Below, piece by piece: positions 19,573 through 29,304 of a stretch of DNA of 64,000 nt. Below the pieces are notes generated by a model. It saw only the letters and a list, made by a program, of their open reading frames with translations, did no database searches and was not told the origin of the DNA. A program made the translations under genes and the position numbers. Source of the DNA: a virus. Each line of letters begins with the position of its first letter. Positions within the stretch are counted from its first letter, which is position 1. The stretch lies in IMG/VR virus record IMGVR_UViG_3300019757_000093, positions 10,328 to 74,327 of that record. One strand, given 5' to 3'.

Positions 19573-20178
19573 ATGATAAGTTATGATACATTACCAAAAG
19601 AAATAAATGAGGCTTTTACTGAAGGACTTAGACTTAGAAAAGCTAATAAAAAGAAACCAGAAATTAAAGAAGCTTTAGACGAACTAAAGAAAATTACATC
19701 TTGGTATGATTGGGACTATACTAAAAATACAAATTTAGCTAATAAGAAAATGGTTTATATTTTTCTTAATCAATTAACTAAAGATAATTTTAAATGCGAT
19801 AATCCAAAATGTACGGAATTAACTCGGATTAATTCTGATATTACTAAAAATAGTTATTGTAGTAAAAAATGTAAAGATCAAGATTATAAAGAAATGAAAG
19901 AAGCATCTGAAAAAGTTTTTAAGAAAATTAGAGAAGCTAAAGAAAAAGAAATAGTAACTCCAGAAAAGCCAGCAGTAATTGCGGAATTGACTCAAAAACA
20001 ATTAAATGTATTTAAGAGAAATTGTAAACTTAAATTTAATGCAAAATATGGTTATGCTAAAACTTATTTTAAAAGTACTCAAGATTTAGTAATTGTAAAT
20101 TGTCCAGAACATGGAGATTTTGAAGTACAAGTAATGGATCATTTACGAGGAATTGGATGTCCAGAATGTTTGAATTAA
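19573..20178 (+). CDS. Zinc-binding protein with one C-terminal CPEHG ribbon and no nuclease core
   Basis: CDNPKC, YCSKKC, CPEHG..GCPEC. Confidence 0.65.
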   Translation: MISYDTLPKEINEAFTEGLRLRKANKKKPEIKEALDELKKITSWYDWDYTKNTNLANKKMVYIFLNQLTKDNFKCDNPKCTELTRINSDITKNSYCSKKCKDQDYKEMKEASEKVFKKIREAKEKEIVTPEKPAVIAELTQKQLNVFKRNCKLKFNAKYGYAKTYFKSTQDLVIVNCPEHGDFEVQVMDHLRGIGCPECLN

Positions 20179-20191
20179 TAAAGGGAAAAAA

Positions 20192-20620
20192 ATGAAGAGA
20201 TCTATTTTAATAATAGAAAATCATTTATATCAAGCCGGGAATGGTGTTAATAATGGATTGACTCATGCCTCTCGTAAAAGTCATAATGCTTTGGTAAATC
20301 ATTTACCAATAGAAAAATTAGTTGATTTAAATGATGAAAAAGAAATTATAGATGGTATGGGTGGAAAAAATAGATACATAGCCAATACTAGCAATACTTA
20401 TAAATTATTAGGCTCTGTTGGTGGTGCTAGTGCTGGGGTTAAAGCTGGTTTAGAATCTGGGGAATTATACGCTGATCCGGACGAACCTACTCTAGCCCTG
20501 GATTTAGCTGCTGGAGCTGCTGGATTCTTAGGTGGTGGTTATTTAGGTTCTAAATTTGGAAAAGATTATGGAAACGCGTTAAGTACCAAAACATATAATA
20601 CTATATATGATAAAAAATAA
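20192..20620 (+). CDS. Glycine-zipper putative virion protein
   Basis: GSVGGASAG and AAGAAGFLGGGYLG; N-terminal ILIIE. Confidence 0.55.
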   Translation: MKRSILIIENHLYQAGNGVNNGLTHASRKSHNALVNHLPIEKLVDLNDEKEIIDGMGGKNRYIANTSNTYKLLGSVGGASAGVKAGLESGELYADPDEPTLALDLAAGAAGFLGGGYLGSKFGKDYGNALSTKTYNTIYDKK

Positions 20621-20634
20621 AGGAAGGAAAATAT

Positions 20635-21291
20635 ATGCAAAATATACAAAATATAGCTAATCCAGAATTAGATTATGGATTACATTCTAAACAACAAGCC
20701 GATGTATCTGCTAATAATAAAGATAGATTAGGTTCCGCTTTATTAGGAACTGGAATATTAGGTGGAACTGGTTATTTAGGTTATCAGGGTTATCAACACT
20801 TCGATGTAGAAGATCCAGCAAGACTAGCTGGTAAAGGAGCAAAAGGAGTAGTTAATGGTGTAACTACTGGTAGCGAAAATTTAAAAGATACTGGAATAAA
20901 AGTCGGTAAAGGTATTTATAATGTGGGTACTGAATTAATAGATGATGCTAAAAGAGCTGCTGGTGCCGTAGTAAAAGGTTATCAAGAATCGAAAGAAATT
21001 GATTTAAAGCAAGTTCTTCTTAATGAGAATTATGTTTCTCCTGCGACTGGTAAAATTAATTTTAATAAAGTTGCTTCTGATGTAAAGAATAATGCGGGGT
21101 TGATAGCTGGAGCGGGGGTTCTTGGTTTAGGAACATTAGCTGGAATGGAAGATCAACCAGATGCAAACACAGGTGTTAAAGCTATGGGAGCTGGATTAAT
21201 GGGAGCTGCTGGTGCCGGAATTGGTCATGTTATTCATTCGCAAGTTAAAAAGAATAACCAATTGCCTTCAGAACCAAGATATTCTTATTAG
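20635..21291 (+). CDS. Glycine-zipper putative virion protein (two modules)
   Basis: Three Gly-rich hydrophobic segments; internal EIDLKQVLLNE. Confidence 0.55.
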   Translation: MQNIQNIANPELDYGLHSKQQADVSANNKDRLGSALLGTGILGGTGYLGYQGYQHFDVEDPARLAGKGAKGVVNGVTTGSENLKDTGIKVGKGIYNVGTELIDDAKRAAGAVVKGYQESKEIDLKQVLLNENYVSPATGKINFNKVASDVKNNAGLIAGAGVLGLGTLAGMEDQPDANTGVKAMGAGLMGAAGAGIGHVIHSQVKKNNQLPSEPRYSY

Positions 21292-21299
21292 GTATTATT

Positions 21300-21641
21300 A
21301 TGATTTTAAATAATTCTCAATTAAGTTTTATTCAAGAAGATATGATTGCTACTAATGGTGGTGATCATAAAGGCGATAATGAGGGTATGTTAGCATCCAA
21401 TGGTATGCTAACTTTAACTACTCATCAAGAGTATCTAAAAAAACATAAGTTAGATGATTCTATGGCAGAAGATACTTCTGAAAGCACTGATTTATCTAAA
21501 GAAGGAGAAGATCAAATTAATGGTGTTCCCGAAGATACGAAAAAGCTTAAAGAAGATGGTACTATGTTAGCAGCCGCGTTGGTACCAGCAAGTATTATTG
21601 GCTGGCAATCAGTAAAAGATAAGGTAGGATTTCATAGATAA
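21300..21641 (+). CDS. Acidic hypothetical protein, possibly internal head
   Basis: 113-aa ORF; N-terminal NSQLSFIQE. Confidence 0.5.
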   Translation: MILNNSQLSFIQEDMIATNGGDHKGDNEGMLASNGMLTLTTHQEYLKKHKLDDSMAEDTSESTDLSKEGEDQINGVPEDTKKLKEDGTMLAAALVPASIIGWQSVKDKVGFHR

Positions 21642-21697
21642 CATCTATGTTAAGCTACTATAAATATTATATAAAAACAATTAAAAGGAAAATATAA

Positions 21698-22588
21698 ATG
21701 GAATTACTCGGAAACGAATCGCGTCCAGCGTTCATGGACGCATTGGATAAAGTTTCTCAATTAGCCAAGATTAATGCTCAGGAAACTGACTTAGTTATTC
21801 TTAGGGAAAAAGTTGAAATTACTCCATTAGCTGGAGATGAAGAGCAGGCTTTAAAAACTGGTAATATTACGCTTACTACTTTTATTAAAAACTTTAATAA
21901 ATTATTATTCTCTAAATTAAATCTTTCGGAAGATTCTAAATTAAAAGATTATGAAACATTTTTAAAGAAATTAACTCCACAAGATAAAGCATTAATTATA
22001 TATGCATTCTCTTTAAGTTCATTTAATAAATTAGGAACTCTTGGTCATATTTGTGAACATTGTGATGAAGAATACCCAGTAGATGTTATACCAGAAGAAT
22101 TATGGCATGATGATAGTGCACCAGAGCCTTGGGATAAAAAAGAAGACCCTTTTGAATATGTTGAGACTCAGCATTTCTTAGATGGAGCTTTACAAATTGA
22201 TTTTAAATTACCAACAGAGTTTGATCGAATTAAACTTATGGATATGTTAGAAAATCAAGTAAAGAATAATTTAGATAGTACTGGAAATACCTTTTCTGTA
22301 TTAGATACGATAGCATTCTTTTGTGCTAGTATTAGAATTATAGATGCTGAGAATGGTAAAGTATCTCAAGAGTTAACTGATTTAACTAAAGAGATTTTTC
22401 CTTTCTTACATAATTTACCAGCGAAAGTAAAAGATGGAATTTATGAAACAGTAGATTTAGAAATATTTGATAAGTACATGCCTAAATTGTACCAAGTATC
22501 TAAATGTAATAGATGTCATAAAACAAATAATGTTAAGATAAACATTGAAACCGAATTCTTTCGAAAAAGCGTTCTTCTATTCGGATAG
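21698..22588 (+). CDS. Baseplate hub / tail assembly chaperone (T4 gp26/gp51-like)
   Basis: ITPL..DEE..L, CEHC, FKLPT, CNRC and ETEFF layout. Confidence 0.65.
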   Translation: MELLGNESRPAFMDALDKVSQLAKINAQETDLVILREKVEITPLAGDEEQALKTGNITLTTFIKNFNKLLFSKLNLSEDSKLKDYETFLKKLTPQDKALIIYAFSLSSFNKLGTLGHICEHCDEEYPVDVIPEELWHDDSAPEPWDKKEDPFEYVETQHFLDGALQIDFKLPTEFDRIKLMDMLENQVKNNLDSTGNTFSVLDTIAFFCASIRIIDAENGKVSQELTDLTKEIFPFLHNLPAKVKDGIYETVDLEIFDKYMPKLYQVSKCNRCHKTNNVKINIETEFFRKSVLLFG

Positions 22589-22769
22589 AGAGCAAAGAAC
22601 GCAAATCTGGTCTCAATCGTTAGAAAATTATATTCTGTATAGTAGTATTACTAATATACCATTTTCCTATACAGAATTAATGGGTTTTCCAACATTTATG
22701 ATTGAGAAAATATTCACTTTAATGGAGAAGGAATATGACAGAAAATCAAAGGTAGCTAAACAAGCTTAA
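22545..22769 (+). CDS. Chaperone C-terminal (GT-like) ORF, probably reached by a +1 frameshift
   Basis: FSYTELMGFPTFMIEKIF resembles the small post-chaperone domain; no SD/ATG start; TTT-CGA at 22559..22564. Confidence 0.55.
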   Translation: MKPNSFEKAFFYSDREQRTQIWSQSLENYILYSSITNIPFSYTELMGFPTFMIEKIFTLMEKEYDRKSKVAKQA

Positions 22770-22786
22770 ATCCTTATCTATATTAA

Positions 22787-22843
22787 ATTCCCTTCGGGGA
22801 ATATTCCTGTCGTAGTTAAAACGACAGACGGAACAAAGATATA
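22787..22843 (+). promoter_or_regulatory. Hairpin(UUCG)+TTCCTGTC element and AACAAA-GATA-TA promoter motif
   Basis: TTCCTGTC at 22804, AACA at 22832; near-identical to 32886..32925. Confidence 0.75.
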
Positions 22844-22873
22844 TCAAAAATAATTAAAAACGAAGGAGCTATC

Positions 22874-23926
22874 ATGGCTATAAAAGAAGTTAAAAAGGTT
22901 TTAAATATAGAGAAGGATCTTAGTAGTACGGATTTTATCTCCCAAAAAATGGGGGAAGTTACTAAAAGAATTCAAAATAAGTACTCTGATAAAATTGTAA
23001 AGGTAACCACTTTATGTGTACAGGATAAACAATTAGTTATTTCTTGTACAGAGGAAAGTAAGATATTTATGGGAGCACCAAGTATTGGATTAAACACACC
23101 TCTTGAACTATTAAGCCAACAAGCTTTAAATAGTTTATCTTTAGTAACATTAGATAATGAAATGATTAATACTTACGAATTAATATTAACATTCGATAGT
23201 ACCATTCCAGATTATACCTCGGCTATTAATGCGGCCCAAGCTAAAGCAGATGAAATTTTTGAAGAGAATGATACAAAAATTCCTTTAGTTACAGTAATTG
23301 ATTATAGATGGGGTAATCCAAATAAAACTATTTCCGCTAGTATTTTTGGGGAAGAAGATCCAGAAGGAAAGGTAGTACCATATTTAAATGGAACTGCTAC
23401 TATTAATATTACTGGTGGTAATATTAATGGAGATTTAGGTTTCTTTAATCCTATTAATTTTTATAAAACAGATGCTTTAGTAGCAGATAATGGATTAGAA
23501 TATAAATTATTAATGTTAGATTTTGAAACTCCGGCATATTTAAGTTATATTGAATTAGCTTATGTAGTTAAAGAATTAAATGGAAGAATCCCAAATATAG
23601 CGGAAATTAATAGTACCTCAATTAATGGTGGTCCAGCAGTTAATACTGGGATAGAAATAATTAATGCTTATATATGGGCAAAATATTATCCAAATCATAG
23701 TTTAAAAGTCGCTCCTACTAATAGAGATCAATATTGGACTATTCCTATCAATCCTCTAGAAACTAAAAATAGTTATATAGTATGGGGAGAAGAAACTAAT
23801 CTTTCTTATATGAATACATTTGATACCGGATTAATTGATGTAATTAATGCAGCTGAATTTAAAAATAATGTAAACAGAAATGCTTATGTTAATAAGGTAA
23901 TAGAATATATGAAATCAGTAGGATAA
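22874..23926 (+). CDS. Modular virion protein, paralog 1 (constant N-domain + unknown C-domain)
   Basis: VKVTTLC, LDNEM, AQAKAD and DTKIPLVT.IDYR shared with the other paralogs. Confidence 0.75.
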   Translation: MAIKEVKKVLNIEKDLSSTDFISQKMGEVTKRIQNKYSDKIVKVTTLCVQDKQLVISCTEESKIFMGAPSIGLNTPLELLSQQALNSLSLVTLDNEMINTYELILTFDSTIPDYTSAINAAQAKADEIFEENDTKIPLVTVIDYRWGNPNKTISASIFGEEDPEGKVVPYLNGTATINITGGNINGDLGFFNPINFYKTDALVADNGLEYKLLMLDFETPAYLSYIELAYVVKELNGRIPNIAEINSTSINGGPAVNTGIEIINAYIWAKYYPNHSLKVAPTNRDQYWTIPINPLETKNSYIVWGEETNLSYMNTFDTGLIDVINAAEFKNNVNRNAYVNKVIEYMKSVG

Positions 23927-23930
23927 TCTT

Positions 23931-24567
23931 ATGTCAGTAAAAGCAATCAAAAAAATATTAAATATAGAATATGATTTAACTTCGGATGAATTCATTGATC
24001 AAAAAATGGTTTTCATGACGGACGAAATTCAAAGAAAGTATAATGGGTCGTTAGTTAAAGTGACTACCTATTGTACTAGAGATAAAGAATTAGTTGTTTC
24101 AACAACTCCTGGTAATGCTCAATTTATTGGAGCTCCTACTCATATTCTTGAAAGAAAGCATATTTCTCAACAAGCATTAAGTAATTTAGATAATGAAATG
24201 CTTATGACTTTTGAAATTACTATTATGAATAATAGTACCATTGATAGCTACGAGTCGGCACTTAATGTGGCTCAAGCTAGTTCCAGATAGTGTAGATAAA
24301 AATGATATCTTTGGATACTCAGTATCGATTAGCGCTTCTCAGGCGATTGTTGGATCTTATGGTGATGACGATAAAGGAAGTAATTCTGGTTCAGTTTATT
24401 CATTTGATTTAAGTGGTGGTAATGCTACTAAATTAGTAGCCTTTGATGGAGCAAAAAATGACAAGTTTGGATTCAGTGTGGGCGCCAGTGGTACTAAGTT
24501 GGTTATTGGTGCTTATGGCGATGACGATAACGGAAGCAATTCGGGGTCTGCATACGTTATCGGTTAA
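23931..24567 (+). pseudogene. Paralog 2: constant N-domain joined out of frame to FG-GAP repeats (internal deletion)
   Basis: Homology stops at AQA (24279); the +1 frame gives FGYSVSIS...VGSYGDDDKGSNSGSVY twice. Confidence 0.65.
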
Positions 24568-24606
24568 GCTATATTATTATATTAAAAAATTAAAAAATAA
24601 ATAGAT

Positions 24607-24633
24607 AATCCCCCTTCGGGGGGATTTCCTGTC
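24607..24633 (+). terminator. Hairpin(UUCG)+TTCCTGTC element
   Basis: AATCCCCC-ttcg-GGGGGATT then TCCTGTCGTAG. Confidence 0.75.
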
Positions 24634-24654
24634 GTAGTTTTACTAGATAACTCC

Positions 24655-24756
24655 TGGAAAAATAAGTAAATAGCTGGAGCACTATACTAAGCTATAGCTA
24701 TCTTAAGCTAAGCTATTAGCTTACATACTATACTAAGCTATTTACTTATTTTTCCA
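24655..24756. repeat. 102-bp element with perfect 21-bp terminal inverted repeats enclosing the inverted 48-bp AGCT repeat
   Basis: TGGAAAAATAAGTAAATAGCT ... AGCTATTTACTTATTTTTCCA. Confidence 0.9.
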
Positions 24757-24788
24757 AACCAAAATCAGAAAACGTGTTTTTTAAGAAG

Positions 24789-24800
24789 AACTAAAACATA
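24789..24800 (+). promoter_or_regulatory. Putative late promoter AACTAA-AACA-TA
   Basis: Motif ends 23 nt before ATG 24823. Confidence 0.65.
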
Positions 24801-24822
24801 TAAATAAAAATAAAGGAAATTC

Positions 24823-25680
24823 ATGTTAGATAATTTAAGCTCAGAAGAACTAAATAATATTTATAGTTCGTTAAATCCAGAATTCTTTAGAGATTTTACA
24901 CAAGGCAGATATTTAATAGTTAAAACTGATTTAATTACTATTCCAGAATTAGTCCAATATATTTCTTTAAGAGAATTTTCTGAAAATGATGAGTTCGAGT
25001 TTAGTCATTTTGATATTAGTACTAAAATTGAGGTTGGGGTATTATTTTTTAAGAGGGATCTATTCTTAGTAAAAAAAGCAGATGGGTATTATTTTAATAC
25101 TAAAAAATTATTAGGTTTAAATAAATTCAATACTAAATTAATTAATACTATAAATAATATAAAGGAAATTTATTATCTAGATAGAAATTTAGATACAGGA
25201 ATGGTTAAATTAGAATACTTAGATAATAATACTAAAATTGCTTTAATAGAAGCTTATTTTTATAATAATCATAGGATATTAGATAAAGCGGAACATACAG
25301 AAGTTTACTTACAAAATTTAACTGATATAGATTTTAATAGAAATAAGTTCGTAATAAAAAAGAATATTAAATCATTTATATTAGAAATATTTGGAAATTG
25401 GATAAGTACTAAAAAAGGAAGTATTCCATTTAATTCTGGATATTTTTGTAGTATTAAAGATGCTTTACAAGTAAAGAATGAATCTGTTCGTTTTAATTAT
25501 TTAGAATCGGAAATAAAAGATTTCTTTACAGATTTACAATTGTTATACTCAGATAATCTAGAAGTAAAAGATATTGAATTATATACGGAAGAAGGAAGAA
25601 CGGGTGGAGATACATTAACCGTATCAATTATATTAGAGATATTTGGGGAAGCTGTCCAATTATTAATTAGACCGAGCTAG
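24823..25680 (+). CDS. Baseplate protein with a C-terminal gp25/GPW-like domain
   Basis: ISTKKGSIPFNSGYFCSI resembles the gp25 'T.kGer.f.p.fG' motif. Confidence 0.55.
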   Translation: MLDNLSSEELNNIYSSLNPEFFRDFTQGRYLIVKTDLITIPELVQYISLREFSENDEFEFSHFDISTKIEVGVLFFKRDLFLVKKADGYYFNTKKLLGLNKFNTKLINTINNIKEIYYLDRNLDTGMVKLEYLDNNTKIALIEAYFYNNHRILDKAEHTEVYLQNLTDIDFNRNKFVIKKNIKSFILEIFGNWISTKKGSIPFNSGYFCSIKDALQVKNESVRFNYLESEIKDFFTDLQLLYSDNLEVKDIELYTEEGRTGGDTLTVSIILEIFGEAVQLLIRPS

Positions 25681-25690
25681 AGGAGAAATT

Positions 25691-27247
25691 ATGTTAAGTC
25701 AACTAGGCAAAGGAATATCAGATAGTCCTACTCAATTAAATACTAGTAATCCTGTAGAATATCAATATCAAGTTTACGGAGATTATCTAGGAGCGACTAA
25801 AAGAAATATTCAAAATTATAGTCAGAATCCTGAATTAAGTATTAAATATTTTAAAATAGATATACCAAAGAGTCCAAATATGGATGATACTAATTCAATT
25901 AAGGTTCCAGAATTTAATGCTTATGGAAAAGATTCCGAAGATGATAATAATCAAGAGATATTTAAAGGGACTGGAATAAATCATAGTTATAAAAATAATA
26001 CTTATGATATTTATGAGTTTACTCCAGTAATAGAAATACAACCATTAACATATGAACCAGCAGGAGAGAATTGGATTGGTACTCATAGTAGTATGAGTAT
26101 AATGAGTATCGAAAGACCATCAGTTGGAGACTTATTTACTTTTTATGGAGCTAAAGATGATATTACAGATGGAACAGAAATATTTCAAATATCTGACGTA
26201 AGTTATCAAAGAACTTCTCATGGTTTATTACCATTATATACTTTACAATTCAGGAGTGCCCCACTTACTAAACAGAGTATTAAAGAATTAAATATAAATG
26301 AAGTATTCTTTTTTAGTAATCATTTTAATAAATTTCTAAAAAGCGATTGTTGGGAGAGTAATCAATTTGCCCTAGATTTTTTTAATAAAAAATTAGCTAA
26401 AGATTTTGACGAATTATATTTAAAAGATAAAGGGAAGTACTTATTTAAATCGTGTCCAATGGACCCAAAGAATATTGAGAATAGAACCTTTATGATACCA
26501 ATGGTATTTAATAATACTATTAAAAGATTAAGTTCTTTAATAAAAACTGGGTTTAAACCAGTACTTGATTTTAGTACCAATGTTAGTCTTAATGAATTTT
26601 TAGATGGTAAAAAAAAAGTGGGCTCGGAAAATTTATTTCAATTTTGTATTTACCAAGAACAAGATTTATATAATATATATGCTGGCGCTGGTTATACTGA
26701 TGAAGAAAATCCTGTTCAAGCCCCAGATCCAATACCAGAACATACTATAAATGAAATTAATGATTTAGGAGAAGAGTTTGTAGTTGTAGTTCCAGAAGCT
26801 CCAGGAGAATGGATACCAAAAGAAATAACAGACGAAACAATACCTATTGCTTTTATAGATAAAGATTTTATTACTAAAGATTTTAAAATTATAGATAATC
26901 TTGGAAACGAAAGAAGAACTTATAATTATCAAAAGTATCTAAAATTATGGGAACTTACTAAAAAAATTAAAAAATTATATTATTGTGGAATAGTTGAGGA
27001 ACCAATCGAATTAACTCAATATGATGAAAAGGGAAGAATAGGTAAAACTAGATTCTTTAATTTTTGGAAATGTTCTGGGAGTACAATTGATGGGGATCCA
27101 GATATATTAGAGGCTAATTTAATTAATGTTAAAAATAGTTATAATGCTCATGGAGTAATAAATGACTTTTTGAAAAGAAGAATTATTATTGGAGATTTAG
27201 GTCTACCAAATGTTATATCGTTTCAGTACGGTGTGGCTTATTATTAA
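25691..27247 (+). CDS. Virion structural protein, possibly neck/head-completion
   Basis: RPSVGDLFTF...IFQISDV...LYTLQ resembles T4 gp14-type neck proteins. Confidence 0.4.
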   Translation: MLSQLGKGISDSPTQLNTSNPVEYQYQVYGDYLGATKRNIQNYSQNPELSIKYFKIDIPKSPNMDDTNSIKVPEFNAYGKDSEDDNNQEIFKGTGINHSYKNNTYDIYEFTPVIEIQPLTYEPAGENWIGTHSSMSIMSIERPSVGDLFTFYGAKDDITDGTEIFQISDVSYQRTSHGLLPLYTLQFRSAPLTKQSIKELNINEVFFFSNHFNKFLKSDCWESNQFALDFFNKKLAKDFDELYLKDKGKYLFKSCPMDPKNIENRTFMIPMVFNNTIKRLSSLIKTGFKPVLDFSTNVSLNEFLDGKKKVGSENLFQFCIYQEQDLYNIYAGAGYTDEENPVQAPDPIPEHTINEINDLGEEFVVVVPEAPGEWIPKEITDETIPIAFIDKDFITKDFKIIDNLGNERRTYNYQKYLKLWELTKKIKKLYYCGIVEEPIELTQYDEKGRIGKTRFFNFWKCSGSTIDGDPDILEANLINVKNSYNAHGVINDFLKRRIIIGDLGLPNVISFQYGVAYY

Positions 27248-27259
27248 GAAAGGAAATAT

Positions 27260-29233
27260 ATGATAGATTTACAAGCTTTTGAAGTAGACGCGGCTATTGG
27301 TAACCTGTTTCAGGTACCACAGTTAGCTAAGCTAAATACAAAAGATCAATTAGAAGAAGTTACAAAAACATTCATGAAAGATCTATACTTAGAACAACCA
27401 AGAGAAGTTCAACAATATTTTCGTTATGAATTAAATGATAGAATGGTAACAACTATATTTAGAAATTATGGTATAGACGAGGTATTCTATAAAGATTTAA
27501 ATCCATTACTAACTAGAAATTTAGTTTATTATCTAGAGTATCTTTTTCAAACTAAAGGTTCGTTAGAAACTTTTAATATATTTAATGATTTATTTAGTAC
27601 CTTTTATAATAATATAGATTTTTATAATATATCAGTAACTAAGATTCCCGTTAATTCTGGGAATAATAAATTGGCCTATATGTTAAAGCCATTAAAACTT
27701 ACAGATGATAAGAAACAGGATAAATTTTTTCCTAGTGCTGATATAGATCTTAGTGGGAAATATTTAATGTCTTTAAGTCAATATCAAAATTATCAATTCT
27801 TTCCAGTAGATACTAATATGATTTATATAGATTTTGCTGATAGTTATGGAACTAGTAATAACGAGGATTTCTTTATGCAAGGGATCAGAGCTTATAGTAA
27901 TACTATCCAACAAGGTAAAAGATTTGAATTGATACTAGGTAAGTTAGGATCGTTTGAAAATATTTATATGACCGATATAGAATTAATTATAGAATATTTA
28001 CAAATAAGTCTTATTAGATTAGGGGATGAGAGTTCTCAGAGAAATTATGATTTTAGTACTTCCTCTTTAATTTTTGGAACTACTTTAATTTTTGACGAAG
28101 GAACTGTTCCAGAATTAGAAGGAATACTTAGAGAATATAAAACCGTTAAGACTAATGATAGAAAGGCTATAAGTTCTATTAAAAGAAGATGGCAATTTTT
28201 ATTAAATAGCAATAGAAGTAATAAAAAATTATATGAAAATTTTAATCAACTTGATGATTACATAAAAGAAGAATATCCAAATATATATAAAAATATAGAA
28301 TTATGTACCTCAGTAGATGATTTCATGGACTTATACATTCAATTATATGGAACTGTTTTAAATGTAATAGATAAAGACGATGAGTTTATAGCTCCTTATT
28401 ATAGTGCTTTATTTCAAAATATTATCTCAGGTAATCTTTTTATTAAAAATTTCTTTCAGCCTTTATTTAAAATATTTGTAAAATATTTCTTTCCAGCAAG
28501 TATGGATTATACTCCAATGGTTGGACAAAAAGTAAAGATAAAAGATAAATTTAATGCTATTGCGACTGAAGAATTACTTAGCACTGAACTATTATTAAAT
28601 GAATTTAGTCCTCACTTACATTTTATATCGAATAGACAAATGAAAATATTTATAAAACCAGAGTCTATTATTATATCAAGAATAGATGATATTAGAACTA
28701 TATGTCAGAAAGAAATACTAGAAAATATAGAATTTAAAGAAATATTTAAGAATAGTATTACCTCTAGATTAAGTACTGATTATCAAATAAAGGATAGTGT
28801 TAGTACGTCTTCATTAATGAAGACTTATCTAGATATAAATACTAGAGATAGCTATCGAACTAAGCTAAGCAATTCTACATTTACTAATTATTCTATTAGA
28901 GAAGATACAGTATTTACTACATTTTTACAGAGATTTACAGAAGATAAAAAAATAAGTTCTAGAAACAGAAGTAAACAAATGCCAGTAGATATTTTAATTA
29001 AAACATCGGACGATAATTCTTTAAATGAAAGAATAAATATTACTAGGTCAAAGGGAAGTTTCTACACTCTTGGAATGACAGTAAATGATTTTGAATATCG
29101 TCTAGCTAGAGAAACTGGAATGACCAGCGCTGGTCTTACTCCATTAGAAAATTTTGAAGTACTTAAAAAAGATATTTATCTCTCGAATGATGATACTGTT
29201 TTTGGTAGTACATATAAATGGTTTAACTTTTAG
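27260..29233 (+). CDS. Putative baseplate wedge protein
   Basis: YLFQTKGSLETF resembles the 'ly..KGT..s' motif of gp7/P2-I-like wedges; gene context. Confidence 0.5.
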   Translation: MIDLQAFEVDAAIGNLFQVPQLAKLNTKDQLEEVTKTFMKDLYLEQPREVQQYFRYELNDRMVTTIFRNYGIDEVFYKDLNPLLTRNLVYYLEYLFQTKGSLETFNIFNDLFSTFYNNIDFYNISVTKIPVNSGNNKLAYMLKPLKLTDDKKQDKFFPSADIDLSGKYLMSLSQYQNYQFFPVDTNMIYIDFADSYGTSNNEDFFMQGIRAYSNTIQQGKRFELILGKLGSFENIYMTDIELIIEYLQISLIRLGDESSQRNYDFSTSSLIFGTTLIFDEGTVPELEGILREYKTVKTNDRKAISSIKRRWQFLLNSNRSNKKLYENFNQLDDYIKEEYPNIYKNIELCTSVDDFMDLYIQLYGTVLNVIDKDDEFIAPYYSALFQNIISGNLFIKNFFQPLFKIFVKYFFPASMDYTPMVGQKVKIKDKFNAIATEELLSTELLLNEFSPHLHFISNRQMKIFIKPESIIISRIDDIRTICQKEILENIEFKEIFKNSITSRLSTDYQIKDSVSTSSLMKTYLDINTRDSYRTKLSNSTFTNYSIREDTVFTTFLQRFTEDKKISSRNRSKQMPVDILIKTSDDNSLNERINITRSKGSFYTLGMTVNDFEYRLARETGMTSAGLTPLENFEVLKKDIYLSNDDTVFGSTYKWFNF

Positions 29234-29304
29234 CTAAACTGAACAAGAAAATGATAGAACGAACTAAAAAGAAATAACCCTATAAGGGAAAAGGAAAAAA
29301 GGAA

